From Elusimicrobiota bacterium (GTDB lineage: Bacteria > Elusimicrobiota > Elusimicrobia > UBA1565), in the NCBI GenBank assembly GCA_043827405.1, contig JBDRPD010000083.1, positions 160,001 through 224,000 of the forward strand: DNA of 64,000 bases. Direction: 5' to 3'. The notes below the pieces were generated by a model. That model saw only the letters and a list, made by a program, of their open reading frames with translations. It was not told the origin of the DNA and did no database searches. Of the stretch, positions 28,491-36,803 are shown one piece after another. The position numbers and the translations under genes were made by a program. Positions within the stretch are counted from its first letter, which is position 1. Every line of letters starts with the position of its first letter.

Positions 28491-29756
28491 TTATTGGACG
28501 AGCTTGCCCGCGTCCACCATGCCGGCGCCCTGCTGGGTGTCCGGCACGCCGTCGAACTTCGTCGCGGCGCTCTGCAGCGCTTCCATGACCGCGTCGAAGC
28601 CGCTGGCGCCGTTGGCGATCGCGAGCGCCGCCAGGCCCGCCGCATGCGGGCAGGCCATGGACGTTCCCGAGAGGCTCCGGTAGCCGCCGCCCATATAGGT
28701 CGACTCCACGCTGACGCCGGGGGCGATGATGTCCACTTCCGGGCCGCGGCTCGAGAAGTAGGCGACCTGGTCGCTCGAGTCCGACGCCGCGACCGCGATC
28801 GCTTCCGGGTAGGCCGCGGGATAGCCCACGGCGCGTCCGGAGTTGCCGGCGGCGGCGACGATGGTCGTCCCCTGCTTTTTGGCGTTGGCGATCGCTTCCG
28901 CGAGGGACTCCGTCCCGGATGAAGCGCCGAGGCTCATGCTGCCGATGTCCATATTGTTCTTGACCGCCCACTGGATGCCGTCGATGACGCCCTCGAAGGT
29001 TCCGCTGCCGCTGGCCGACAGGACCTTGACGCCGTAGAGGGTCACGTCGGGAGCGACGCCGACGACGCCGATGCCGTTGTCCTGTCCGGCGATGGTGCCG
29101 GCGCAGTGTGTTCCGTGGCCGTTGTCGTCCTTGTATGAGACACTGTTGTCGATGGCGTTGTAGCCGCCGGCCACCACGAGATCCTCATGGTCGAAGTCGA
29201 TGCCGGTGTCGATAACCGCGACCTTGACGCCCTTGCCGCGGGTGACGGGCCAGGCCGCCTTGGCGTTGACGCGCTTGATGCCCCACGGTACCTTTTGACC
29301 GGCGGCGTCCGGCGGCGCTTCTTCAGTCGTCGTCGCCTTGAGCCAGTTCTGTACGTAGTCCTTCTCGACGCGCAGCACCTCGCTCAGCGAGGCCAGGCTC
29401 CGGTCGACGCCGGCCGCCTTGACCTTGGGCACGATAACCGCCACCGCGTTGACCAGCCATAGGTCCTTGGTGGGAATGCCGCCGGTGTCGCGCACCAGGC
29501 TCATCCGCCGGGTCAGGGACGTGCTTTTCTTGAAAACGACGATGCGCCGCTCGATCGAATCGTCGAGCTCCTGAACGGCGACCTTTTCGCCCTGGATTTG
29601 CTCGGCGGGCGAGGACTTGGACGCCTGCTCCATCTTGGCGACGAGGCCTTCGACCTTAACGCCCTGGTCGAAGTTGACCGCGGCCGCGGGAAGAGTCGTT
29701 TGCGGGGCCAAAAGAGCCGCCGCGCACAACAACGCAGATAGTTTGCTTCGAGACAT
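28491..29756 (-). CDS. Secreted S8 subtilisin-like serine protease
   Basis: VIDTGID, HGTHCAG and GTSMACPH triad; signal peptide and propeptide. Alternative start 29768. Confidence 0.96.
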   Translation of the reverse strand: MSRSKLSALLCAAALLAPQTTLPAAAVNFDQGVKVEGLVAKMEQASKSSPAEQIQGEKVAVQELDDSIERRIVVFKKSTSLTRRMSLVRDTGGIPTKDLWLVNAVAVIVPKVKAAGVDRSLASLSEVLRVEKDYVQNWLKATTTEEAPPDAAGQKVPWGIKRVNAKAAWPVTRGKGVKVAVIDTGIDFDHEDLVVAGGYNAIDNSVSYKDDNGHGTHCAGTIAGQDNGIGVVGVAPDVTLYGVKVLSASGSGTFEGVIDGIQWAVKNNMDIGSMSLGASSGTESLAEAIANAKKQGTTIVAAAGNSGRAVGYPAAYPEAIAVAASDSSDQVAYFSSRGPEVDIIAPGVSVESTYMGGGYRSLSGTSMACPHAAGLAALAIANGASGFDAVMEALQSAATKFDGVPDTQQGAGMVDAGKLVQ

Positions 29757-29844
29757 GACCACCCCCATTACGATTTCACCACTAGCCGTAACTTAGCATA
29801 ATTAAAACCGAAAGGCCTAGTGAAAAATAGGCCTAAAGGGAGGG

Positions 29845-30306
29845 TTATTCTGGGCGCGCTTTGGGGGCTAAAAGGTCCGGTTCTTCGCCGGGAGCGGCGC
29901 TTTTGGCGCAGCCCGGCTCGGCGTCCAGGAGCCCGGAGTTTCCGTCGGTAATATTCGGTTTCGCGGGCTCCGGTTCAGCGCAGGGCGGGGAGTCTGCAGG
30001 GGGAGCTGGATTGCGTACCGCCTCCTGGAAGGCGGCGTCGTCTGCGAACCTGTCGACCACGGTCTGCAGGCGGCGCCGGTCCGCCTCGGCGGCGCCTTGC
30101 TGCAGCGCTGGGCGCAAGCCCGGCACGGCGTCGAGTTCCCGGTTGAAGCCGGCGGCGCCGGGGTGATCGTAAAGAGCGTCCAGGTTGAGCAGAACCTGCT
30201 TGGCGAAGGTCGTCAGCTCGAAGCGCTCTTCTACCGGCGGTTTCTCCGCCGCGGGCTGGCAGCCCAGACTGATAAGCGCGAGCGAGATCAGGAGGAGGAG
30301 CTTCAT
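29845..30306 (-). CDS. Hypothetical lipoprotein
   Basis: MKLLLLISLALISLGC lipobox; ATG overlaps the upstream stop (ATGA). Confidence 0.7.
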   Translation of the reverse strand: MKLLLLISLALISLGCQPAAEKPPVEERFELTTFAKQVLLNLDALYDHPGAAGFNRELDAVPGLRPALQQGAAEADRRRLQTVVDRFADDAAFQEAVRNPAPPADSPPCAEPEPAKPNITDGNSGLLDAEPGCAKSAAPGEEPDLLAPKARPE

Positions 30307-30977
30307 CGGAAGAGGGACAGGAAGCGGTCTTCGTACTCCGCGAACAAGCCATACTCCCGGAGCTTGGTTCCCAGGCTCTGCCGGGCGCCGGCGTCGCGGC
30401 GCGCCCGCGTGAAGAGCCGGTCTACTTCGTTGCGGCGGCGGCGGTCGGCGTTCGCGCCGGGCTCGAACATCCCGTGGTTGCTGAGGTCGCGGACATTGGT
30501 CGGAAAGGAGCGGGCGGCCTCCTCGATGGTGAAGCGCATAAGAGCCAGCGACCAGGCGGCGTCGGGGCATTGGATGACGGCGGCCTGCGGGGAGCCGAGG
30601 TCGTCGAGCTCCTTGAGAATCCGCTCCGCGGCGACCTGCGGCTTTTGGGCGAGAACGCGGGTTTTCAGGTCCTGGTTTTTAAACCGGTATTCCAGCGCCT
30701 GCAGGACGTCCTGATACTGGGTGCCGAGCCAGTCGGCGAATTCCGCCGCGTTCTTGCCGAAGCCCTCGAAGCGGTCCCGCAGGGCGTCCGCCGTTAGAAT
30801 CTTGGGGCGTTCCGATATCACCCAGCCCTCGCGCAGGCGCGTCTTGTTGGGCAGCTGATCGACGGCGGAAATCAGGTGGTACTGGATGCGGGTGTCGCCG
30901 AAGGTCGACAGCGTCTTTTTCGGCGGCCGCAGCAGTTTCGTTTCGCTTAGGAACTTGCGGATCAGGGATGGCTTCAT
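30303..30977 (-). CDS. Hypothetical cytoplasmic protein
   Basis: Protein-like composition; TGtTAAGAT -10-like element upstream; coupled to the next gene. No function recognised. Confidence 0.75.
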   Translation of the reverse strand: MKPSLIRKFLSETKLLRPPKKTLSTFGDTRIQYHLISAVDQLPNKTRLREGWVISERPKILTADALRDRFEGFGKNAAEFADWLGTQYQDVLQALEYRFKNQDLKTRVLAQKPQVAAERILKELDDLGSPQAAVIQCPDAAWSLALMRFTIEEAARSFPTNVRDLSNHGMFEPGANADRRRRNEVDRLFTRARRDAGARQSLGTKLREYGLFAEYEDRFLSLFR

Positions 30978-31110
30978 CTGCTGCCGATATCTTAACAACC
31001 CCCCAGCGGACCGTCAATGAAGGCCCGTTGTTTTTCGCGAACTCCCTTTAGTACAATGGGCCTAGTTCAGGATGGGACCTTCGGTCCCAAAGGGGAAGCA
31101 AGGGGGGAGT

Positions 31111-32007
31111 ATGGCGGGGTATCTTGCCGCGGTTCTCGCGGTGCTGTTGTCTGCTAATCTGTTCGCACAGGTGCCGGATTTCGACCAGGGCGTCCCGGAC
31201 GTCAAGGACGTCGTGGCCGGGCTTAAGAAAGAAGCCGTACCGGATGGCTCCGCCGTCCAGGAGTCCTACCAGGTCGCTTACCGTTCCGACCGCGACTGCG
31301 TGACCTTCGTTTTCCGGCCGGATGGCCCGACGGTATCCGAGAAGGTTTGGCTGCGCAGCACCGAATACCGCGAGGAGTGCCGCTGGGAGGGCGACCCGCG
31401 CAACGGCGGCCGGCAGTACTGCCGCGAGGTGCCGCGCTGGACCTATCGCGAGCTGGTGCAGGTCGAACTGCGCGAGCGCAAGGAGCTCTACCCGTGGGAG
31501 AAGGAGGCGGTCGCCGTCTGCCTGGACGGGAACTGGCTGAGCGTCCACGAAGTGCAGCTGGCGCATAAATACACCGCGTCGCGCAACGGCGGCTACTATA
31601 CGCTGACCGCCGGCGAGAAGAAGCCGATGGACCCCGACAAGCACGGCATTGAGGCCGCGGCTCCGGAAAGCACCGGCGATAACCTGGCGGTGACCTTTAC
31701 CGACCGCTGGGCTTCCTACTATGCCGGCGAGCAGGTTGTGCTCTCGATGAAGCTCAAGCGCGAGGTCAAGAACTGGTTTGACCCGGTACTGGTCGAGAAG
31801 GAGTTTACGTTCGCCGCCGCTGACGCCTATCCGGTCGATTTCGCGCCCTACGCCGCGGAATTCTCCGAAAAGCTTAAGCCCGGGAGCAACTATTATGTGG
31901 AATGGAGCTTTAAGCGTATCGGCGTGATTTCCAAGCCCACCCAGATGAAGCGGGGAGACGGCCCGACGGGGACGTATCGGCCGCGCTTGATCATGGTCGC
32001 GCGCTAG
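31111..32007 (+). CDS. Secreted hypothetical protein (FDQGV motif after the signal peptide)
   Basis: G-rich SD, signal peptide ending LFA-Q, downstream terminator. Confidence 0.8.
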   Translation: MAGYLAAVLAVLLSANLFAQVPDFDQGVPDVKDVVAGLKKEAVPDGSAVQESYQVAYRSDRDCVTFVFRPDGPTVSEKVWLRSTEYREECRWEGDPRNGGRQYCREVPRWTYRELVQVELRERKELYPWEKEAVAVCLDGNWLSVHEVQLAHKYTASRNGGYYTLTAGEKKPMDPDKHGIEAAAPESTGDNLAVTFTDRWASYYAGEQVVLSMKLKREVKNWFDPVLVEKEFTFAAADAYPVDFAPYAAEFSEKLKPGSNYYVEWSFKRIGVISKPTQMKRGDGPTGTYRPRLIMVAR

Positions 32008-32024
32008 AGCCCGAACCGCGTGAG

Positions 32025-32063
32025 GATCCCGGTCTGCTTCGCGCAGGCCGGGATCGTTTTTTT
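32025..32063 (+). terminator. Intrinsic terminator
   Basis: GATCCCGGTCTGC-N5-GCAGGCCGGGATC followed by G and T7. Confidence 0.88.
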
Positions 32064-32088
32064 GGTTTAATCTAAAGCAGGGAGCGAA

Positions 32089-32874
32089 ATGGAGAAAATT
32101 TGCCCACGCTGCGCGAAGGCTGTTGACGCGGGAGATTCCATCTGCGACGCCTGCGGGATGGAGCTGCTGATCCAGCATGATCCCCGGTGCCCGGGCTGCG
32201 GCCAAATCGTGCGGCCGGGCCGCGACATGTGCAGCAACTGCGGCCTGGAACTCGAGATAACGCCGGACGTCCCGGCGGCCGGAGGGACCACCTACAAGAT
32301 CTCGCTGAGCACGCTGCTGGTGCCGTTGGTCGCGGTCTTGGTCGTCGGCGGCATCCTGCGCGGCCGCAAGGAGCAGGCCCCGAAGGCGCCGTACCAGCCG
32401 CCGGTGGCGGCCGTGACGGCCGGCGCGGGTGAGGGCCCGTACGAGGACGATCCCGCGGCGGGCAGTTCGTCCCATGTCAAGTCCGCGGCCGTCAAGATCC
32501 CCGACGCCTTCCTGCTTAAGGGCTCGGTGTTCGATATCCAGACTCTTAAGCCGGTCATGCAGCCCACTCTGGTCTTCCACAATCCGAACAGCAATGAGTA
32601 TTTCGGCGCCTATGCGGACGCCCAGGGCCGCTCCCAGGCCTGGCTCAAGGCCGTGACCGGCGGCTATATCGTCACGCTGCAGCATGCGAACTATCAGGAA
32701 ACGTATACCGCGGACTGGGCGCCGTCGATCCGCACCCTCAGCGAGGTGCAGCGCCGTTTCGTGATCGGCGACCTGCTCGCCAATCCGCCGAAGCCGCTGC
32801 ATCTATACGGCTTGCCGGACGCGAAGATTGAGAAGGACTTCGGGATGATCCCCATTCCGAAAAAGATCCCTTAA
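32089..32874 (+). CDS. Double zinc-ribbon, single-TM protein with beta-rich extracytoplasmic domain
   Basis: Four CxxC pairs, one TM helix, GGAG SD. Confidence 0.75.
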   Translation: MEKICPRCAKAVDAGDSICDACGMELLIQHDPRCPGCGQIVRPGRDMCSNCGLELEITPDVPAAGGTTYKISLSTLLVPLVAVLVVGGILRGRKEQAPKAPYQPPVAAVTAGAGEGPYEDDPAAGSSSHVKSAAVKIPDAFLLKGSVFDIQTLKPVMQPTLVFHNPNSNEYFGAYADAQGRSQAWLKAVTGGYIVTLQHANYQETYTADWAPSIRTLSEVQRRFVIGDLLANPPKPLHLYGLPDAKIEKDFGMIPIPKKIP

Positions 32875-32889
32875 CCGCCGGCCGGCGGG

Positions 32890-33699
32890 CTAACCGAAGG
32901 CCAATAGGCTGACCGCCATGACGGCCATCCCCGCGATCAGGCCGTAGACGGCCAGGTGATGCTCGCCGTACTTGTGCGCCGCCGGCAGGAGCTCGTCGAA
33001 GGAGATGAATACCATGATGCCGCCGACCATACCGAAAAGCAGGCCGAAGGTCGCATCGTTGAGCACGGACATCAGGAAGAGGTAGCCGATCAGCGCTCCC
33101 GCCGGCTCGGCCAGGCCGGAGAGAAACGAGTAGAAGAAAGCTTTGCCGCGGCTTCCCGTGGCATAGAAGATCGGGACCGAGACACTGATCCCCTCCGGAA
33201 TATTATGGATGGCGATGGCGGCGACGATGGGGAGGCTGGCCATCGGGTTGTCGAGCGCCGCCACGAAGGTGGCCAGCCCCTCGGGAAAGTTATGGATGGC
33301 GATGGCGAGGCCCGAGAAGACGCCCATGCGCAGCAGGGCGGTCTCCTGATCCTTTTTGCGGGGCCTTTCCATCTCCTCGATCCCGCGCGACTCGTGCGGG
33401 TTCTCGAAGGACGGGACCAGCTTGTCTATTAAGGCGGTGAGCAGGATGCCGCCGAAGAATGCGCCCGCCGTCGCCCAGCCGCCGGCCGTATCACCCCAGG
33501 CCGCGCTCAGGTACTGCCGCGACTTGCTCATGATCTCGGTCATGGAGATGTAGACCATCACGCCCGCCGAGAAGCCGAGCGAGACCGCCAATAGGCGGGT
33601 GTTCGTCTTTTTGGCGAAGAAGGCTATGGCGCCGCCGATGCCGGTGCATAATCCGGCGAAGGTGGTCAGCCCGAAGGCCCAGAGAAGATTTTCGTGCAT
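32890..33699 (-). CDS. zupT: ZIP-family zinc transporter ZupT
   Basis: GFSAGVM, ENPHE, AIHNFPEG, AIHNIPEG, SGLAEP, DELLP. Confidence 0.95.
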   Translation of the reverse strand: MHENLLWAFGLTTFAGLCTGIGGAIAFFAKKTNTRLLAVSLGFSAGVMVYISMTEIMSKSRQYLSAAWGDTAGGWATAGAFFGGILLTALIDKLVPSFENPHESRGIEEMERPRKKDQETALLRMGVFSGLAIAIHNFPEGLATFVAALDNPMASLPIVAAIAIHNIPEGISVSVPIFYATGSRGKAFFYSFLSGLAEPAGALIGYLFLMSVLNDATFGLLFGMVGGIMVFISFDELLPAAHKYGEHHLAVYGLIAGMAVMAVSLLAFG

Positions 33700-33703
33700 G
33701 GTC

Positions 33704-34642
33704 TCAGTTAAAGAATACCGCAAATAGCGTCATCGCCGCCGGGATCGTTACCAGCGAGGCGGCGAAGCTCGCGATCAGGAACTGGTTGGCCGCGTTGCGG
33801 TTGCCGCCCATGCGCGATATCGCCACGGGTACGGCGGAGAGCGGCGGGACGGCGCTTTCCAGCATGATCAAGAGCGCCACCGGCTGCGGCGGACGGATCA
33901 GCAGCAGCAGTCCGAGCGCCGTTAGGGGGAATACGATGTTCTTGAGGAGGACAAACTTGACGCATTCGACTGTGTAGAGTTCGCCGCCGCGGCGGAAGTC
34001 CGCGTATGCGCTGCCGCCCAGGATCAGCATCAATAGCGGGATCGCGGTCGCTCCCAGCATGCTGAGGATCTGCAGGCCGAAAGCGGGGAGCAGCCAGTGC
34101 AGGCCCGAGAGCTTCAGAACGACGGCCAGCACCGTGGCGATGAGGACGATGTTGAAGATCCGGCTCAGGTCCAGTTTGCTTTTGCCCGCGCCGTAAAAGA
34201 GATGGTAGGAGCCGAAGAAGAGGCTGGGAAACAGCAAGGTGAAGAGAAACAGGTCGACCAGGCGCGGCGACTCCGCGCCGAAGAGGCCGGTGAGCACGGC
34301 GAGCGGAATAAAGATGGCGTTGGGATAGAGCAGGCTCATGGTGAACTCGCGCCGCAGATGAGGGGGCGCCAGGCGTGAGCCGAGGGCGGTCAGGACGCCG
34401 ACCATGGCCATAAAGCCGCACCACCAGAGCGGCAGGGACCACCAGCCGGGATGCGCGGCGGGATTGAAGCCCTTGAGTATGCTGACGAAGATCAGGCTGG
34501 GCAGGGCGATGTCGAGCGCGAACGGCGACAAAATGTCGAGCGCGGTTTCGGGCATGACCCGCCGGCTGATGATCCAGAAGCCGAGCAGGCCCAAGCCGAA
34601 CAGCACCGCGATCGATTCGAGGGTGGCGTACAGAATCTCCAT
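33704..34642 (-). CDS. AEC (auxin efflux carrier) family transporter
   Basis: About 10 TM helices; ALPSLIF, PN..FIPL, ESAVPP patterns. Confidence 0.85.
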   Translation of the reverse strand: MEILYATLESIAVLFGLGLLGFWIISRRVMPETALDILSPFALDIALPSLIFVSILKGFNPAAHPGWWSLPLWWCGFMAMVGVLTALGSRLAPPHLRREFTMSLLYPNAIFIPLAVLTGLFGAESPRLVDLFLFTLLFPSLFFGSYHLFYGAGKSKLDLSRIFNIVLIATVLAVVLKLSGLHWLLPAFGLQILSMLGATAIPLLMLILGGSAYADFRRGGELYTVECVKFVLLKNIVFPLTALGLLLLIRPPQPVALLIMLESAVPPLSAVPVAISRMGGNRNAANQFLIASFAASLVTIPAAMTLFAVFFN

Positions 34643-34739
34643 GGCGAGGGGGGATTCTACAATACTCCGCGGGCGCGGTTTTCGAATATCCTATACCAGG
34701 CTTGGGAAAATCGCTATGATTTGACGCGGAAACAGCTTT

Positions 34740-35543
34740 ATGGTACCGGTAATCACTTTGCTTATGGTGCTGGCCCTGATGGTCCTCGTAACGAGGATCG
34801 CGGCCATCGCCTTGACCTATACCGGGATGTCGCACGAGACCGCCAGGTTCCAGGCCCTGTCGGCCTTCACCGGCGCCGGCTTCACCACTAAGGAATCGGA
34901 GCAGGTCGTCAATCATCCGGTGCGCCGCCGCATCATGCTGACCTTGCTGGTGCTGGGCAATGCCGGTATCGTCACCGCGGTGTCGTCGCTGATCCTGACC
35001 TTTATCCGCTCCGACGGCACGGGCTCCATCGCCGTCAAGATATCCTTCCTGTTCGGCGGCCTCATCGTGCTGTGGTTCGTCGCCGCCAGCCGCTGGGCCG
35101 ACCGCGTGCTCTCGAGGATCGTAGGCGGCCTCCTCAAGCGCTATACGCGGCTGGATGTGCAGGATTATTCGGCGCTGCTGCATTTGGCGGGAGAGTATCA
35201 GGTTTCCGAGCTGGTTATTGAGCCCGATGACTGGCTGGAAGGCAAGAGCGTCGTCGACTCGGACCTGCGCAAGGAGGGCCTGCTGGTCCTCGGCATCCGC
35301 CGCGGCGACGGGGTCTTTCGCGGCATCCCTGATACTGATACCCGGTTTGAGGCCGGCGACACCCTCATCATCTACGGCCGCGCGACCTCGGTGGCGCTCA
35401 TCGACGACCGCAAGAGCGGCAAGCTCGGCGATATCGAGCACTTCGACGCGGTGCTCGAAGAGAAGCGCATCGAGGAAGAAGAGAAGCAGCGCGACCCCTC
35501 CGAGACGGGTTCCCAGGACGCCCCTCCGCCCTCCGGGGCTTGA
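34740..35543 (+). CDS. Membrane protein with TrkA-C (RCK_C) domain
   Basis: ARFQALSAFTGAGFTTKESE..VNHPVRRRI; C-terminal LVLGIRR..GDTLIIYG. Confidence 0.85.
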   Translation: MVPVITLLMVLALMVLVTRIAAIALTYTGMSHETARFQALSAFTGAGFTTKESEQVVNHPVRRRIMLTLLVLGNAGIVTAVSSLILTFIRSDGTGSIAVKISFLFGGLIVLWFVAASRWADRVLSRIVGGLLKRYTRLDVQDYSALLHLAGEYQVSELVIEPDDWLEGKSVVDSDLRKEGLLVLGIRRGDGVFRGIPDTDTRFEAGDTLIIYGRATSVALIDDRKSGKLGDIEHFDAVLEEKRIEEEEKQRDPSETGSQDAPPPSGA

Positions 35544-35581
35544 CTCAGGTCAAGGCGGCTGCGCCCGTTTCCGGCTAACCT
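35540..35581 (+). promoter_or_regulatory. FNR/CRP-family box with class II promoter geometry
   Basis: TTGAC-TCAG-GTCAA (35540-35553) and -10-like TAACCT (35576-35581). Confidence 0.65.
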
Positions 35582-35601
35582 AATCCATGAGAGGCGATAT
35601 T

Positions 35602-35940
35602 ATGAATTCAAGCGATGTCCCGGTGAAAAAGTTCGATATGCCGTGCGCGCTCGCGGAGCTGACGGCGTATCAAGAGGGCGCGGTGACCAGCCGGCAGATC
35701 GTCAAGAAAGATGCCGGCGGCGTCACCGTCTTCGCGTTCGCTAAGGGGGAGGGGCTCAGCGAACATACCGCGCCCTTCGACGCCATGGTTTACGTGGTGG
35801 ACGGGGCGGCGGAAATCAGCATCTCCGGCCGGCCGCACCTGCTCAAGACCGGCGACATGATCGTCATGCCCGCCAATGAGCCGCATGCCGTACAGGCGGT
35901 CGAGAAGTTCAAGATGCTGCTGGTCATGATCAAGAAGTGA
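35602..35940 (+). CDS. Cupin-domain protein
   Basis: FAF.KGEGLSEHTAPFDA..MPANEPHAV. Confidence 0.9.
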   Translation: MNSSDVPVKKFDMPCALAELTAYQEGAVTSRQIVKKDAGGVTVFAFAKGEGLSEHTAPFDAMVYVVDGAAEISISGRPHLLKTGDMIVMPANEPHAVQAVEKFKMLLVMIKK

Positions 35941-35949
35941 GGAGGTTTT

Positions 35950-36489
35950 ATGGGCGCCACGAAAGAGCTGACGAGCGAGCATAAGAATATTCTGCAGGTG
36001 ATCGATGCGCTCGAACGGGAGTGCGCCGCGCTGGATAGCGGCAAGGCGGTGGATTCGGTGTTTTTCGCCAAGGCAGTCGATTTCATCCGCAGCTATGCCG
36101 ACAAGTTCCATCACGCCAAGGAGGAGGATATCCTCTTCGCCGAGCTCAGTGGGCCGGGCGTCGCGATGCATTGCGATCCCCGCGAGCAGATGCTCTATGA
36201 GCATGATGCTGGCCGCAAGTTTGTGCGGGGCTTGGAGGAGGCCGTCGCGGCCGGTGACAAAGGCCGGGTTGTCGAGAACGCCGGCGGCTATGCCCAGCTT
36301 CTGCGGCAGCATATCTACAAAGAGGACCGGATCCTCTATCCCATGGCCGAACAGGCCTTGGGCGAGGAGCGGGGCGCTAAGATGGCCGAGCGCTTTCGCG
36401 CCGTGGATGAGAAGTTCGCCGCCGCCAACGAAAAGCAGCTCGCTTTCGTGCGTGAGGCTTCCGAGAGGTATACACAAAAGGCCGCTTGA
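35950..36489 (+). CDS. Hemerythrin (HHE) domain protein
   Basis: EH, HHAKEE..LF, EH..GR, HIYKED..LYP; GGAGG SD. Confidence 0.92.
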   Translation: MGATKELTSEHKNILQVIDALERECAALDSGKAVDSVFFAKAVDFIRSYADKFHHAKEEDILFAELSGPGVAMHCDPREQMLYEHDAGRKFVRGLEEAVAAGDKGRVVENAGGYAQLLRQHIYKEDRILYPMAEQALGEERGAKMAERFRAVDEKFAAANEKQLAFVREASERYTQKAA

Positions 36490-36515
36490 CCCCATATACC
36501 CCATGGGGGTATACT
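36486..36515 (+). promoter_or_regulatory. csoR-copA promoter with CsoR-type operator
   Basis: TTGACC-N18-TATACT overlapped by TATACCCC-ATG-GGGGTATA (36495-36513), the C-tract/G-tract pseudo-palindrome typical of CsoR sites. Confidence 0.85.
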
Positions 36516-36530
36516 ATGGGCGGAGGCTTT

Positions 36531-36803
36531 ATGGAACAAAAGCATTCCGGCCAGGTGCGGCGGCTCAACCGCATCGAGGGGCAGGTCCGGGGCATCCGGA
36601 AAATGATCGAGGACGGCCGCTACTGCGTCGACATCGCGACGCAGATCAAGGCGGTGCGCGCGGCGCTCAAGCAGGTGGAGCTCAGCGTCTTCGACTCGCA
36701 TATGCGCACCTGCGTGAAGTCCGCGTTCGAATCCAAAAACAAGAAGCGCATCGAAGCCAAGCTCGGCGAGATCCAAAAGCTGCTGCGGGCCCGGGATGGC
36801 TGA
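36531..36803 (+). CDS. csoR: Copper-sensing repressor, CsoR/RcnR family
   Basis: [23 protein letters not shown] (Cys-His-Cys); GGAGG SD. Confidence 0.92.
   Translation: MEQKHSGQVRRLNRIEGQVRGIRKMIEDGRYCVDIATQIKAVRAALKQVELSVFDSHMRTCVKSAFESKNKKRIEAKLGEIQKLLRARDG

Noticed and set aside
31048..35441. Long minus-strand ORFs 31048-32802 and 33708-35441
   Set aside because: They overlap better-supported genes and have the Arg/Ala/Pro-rich composition of off-frame translation.
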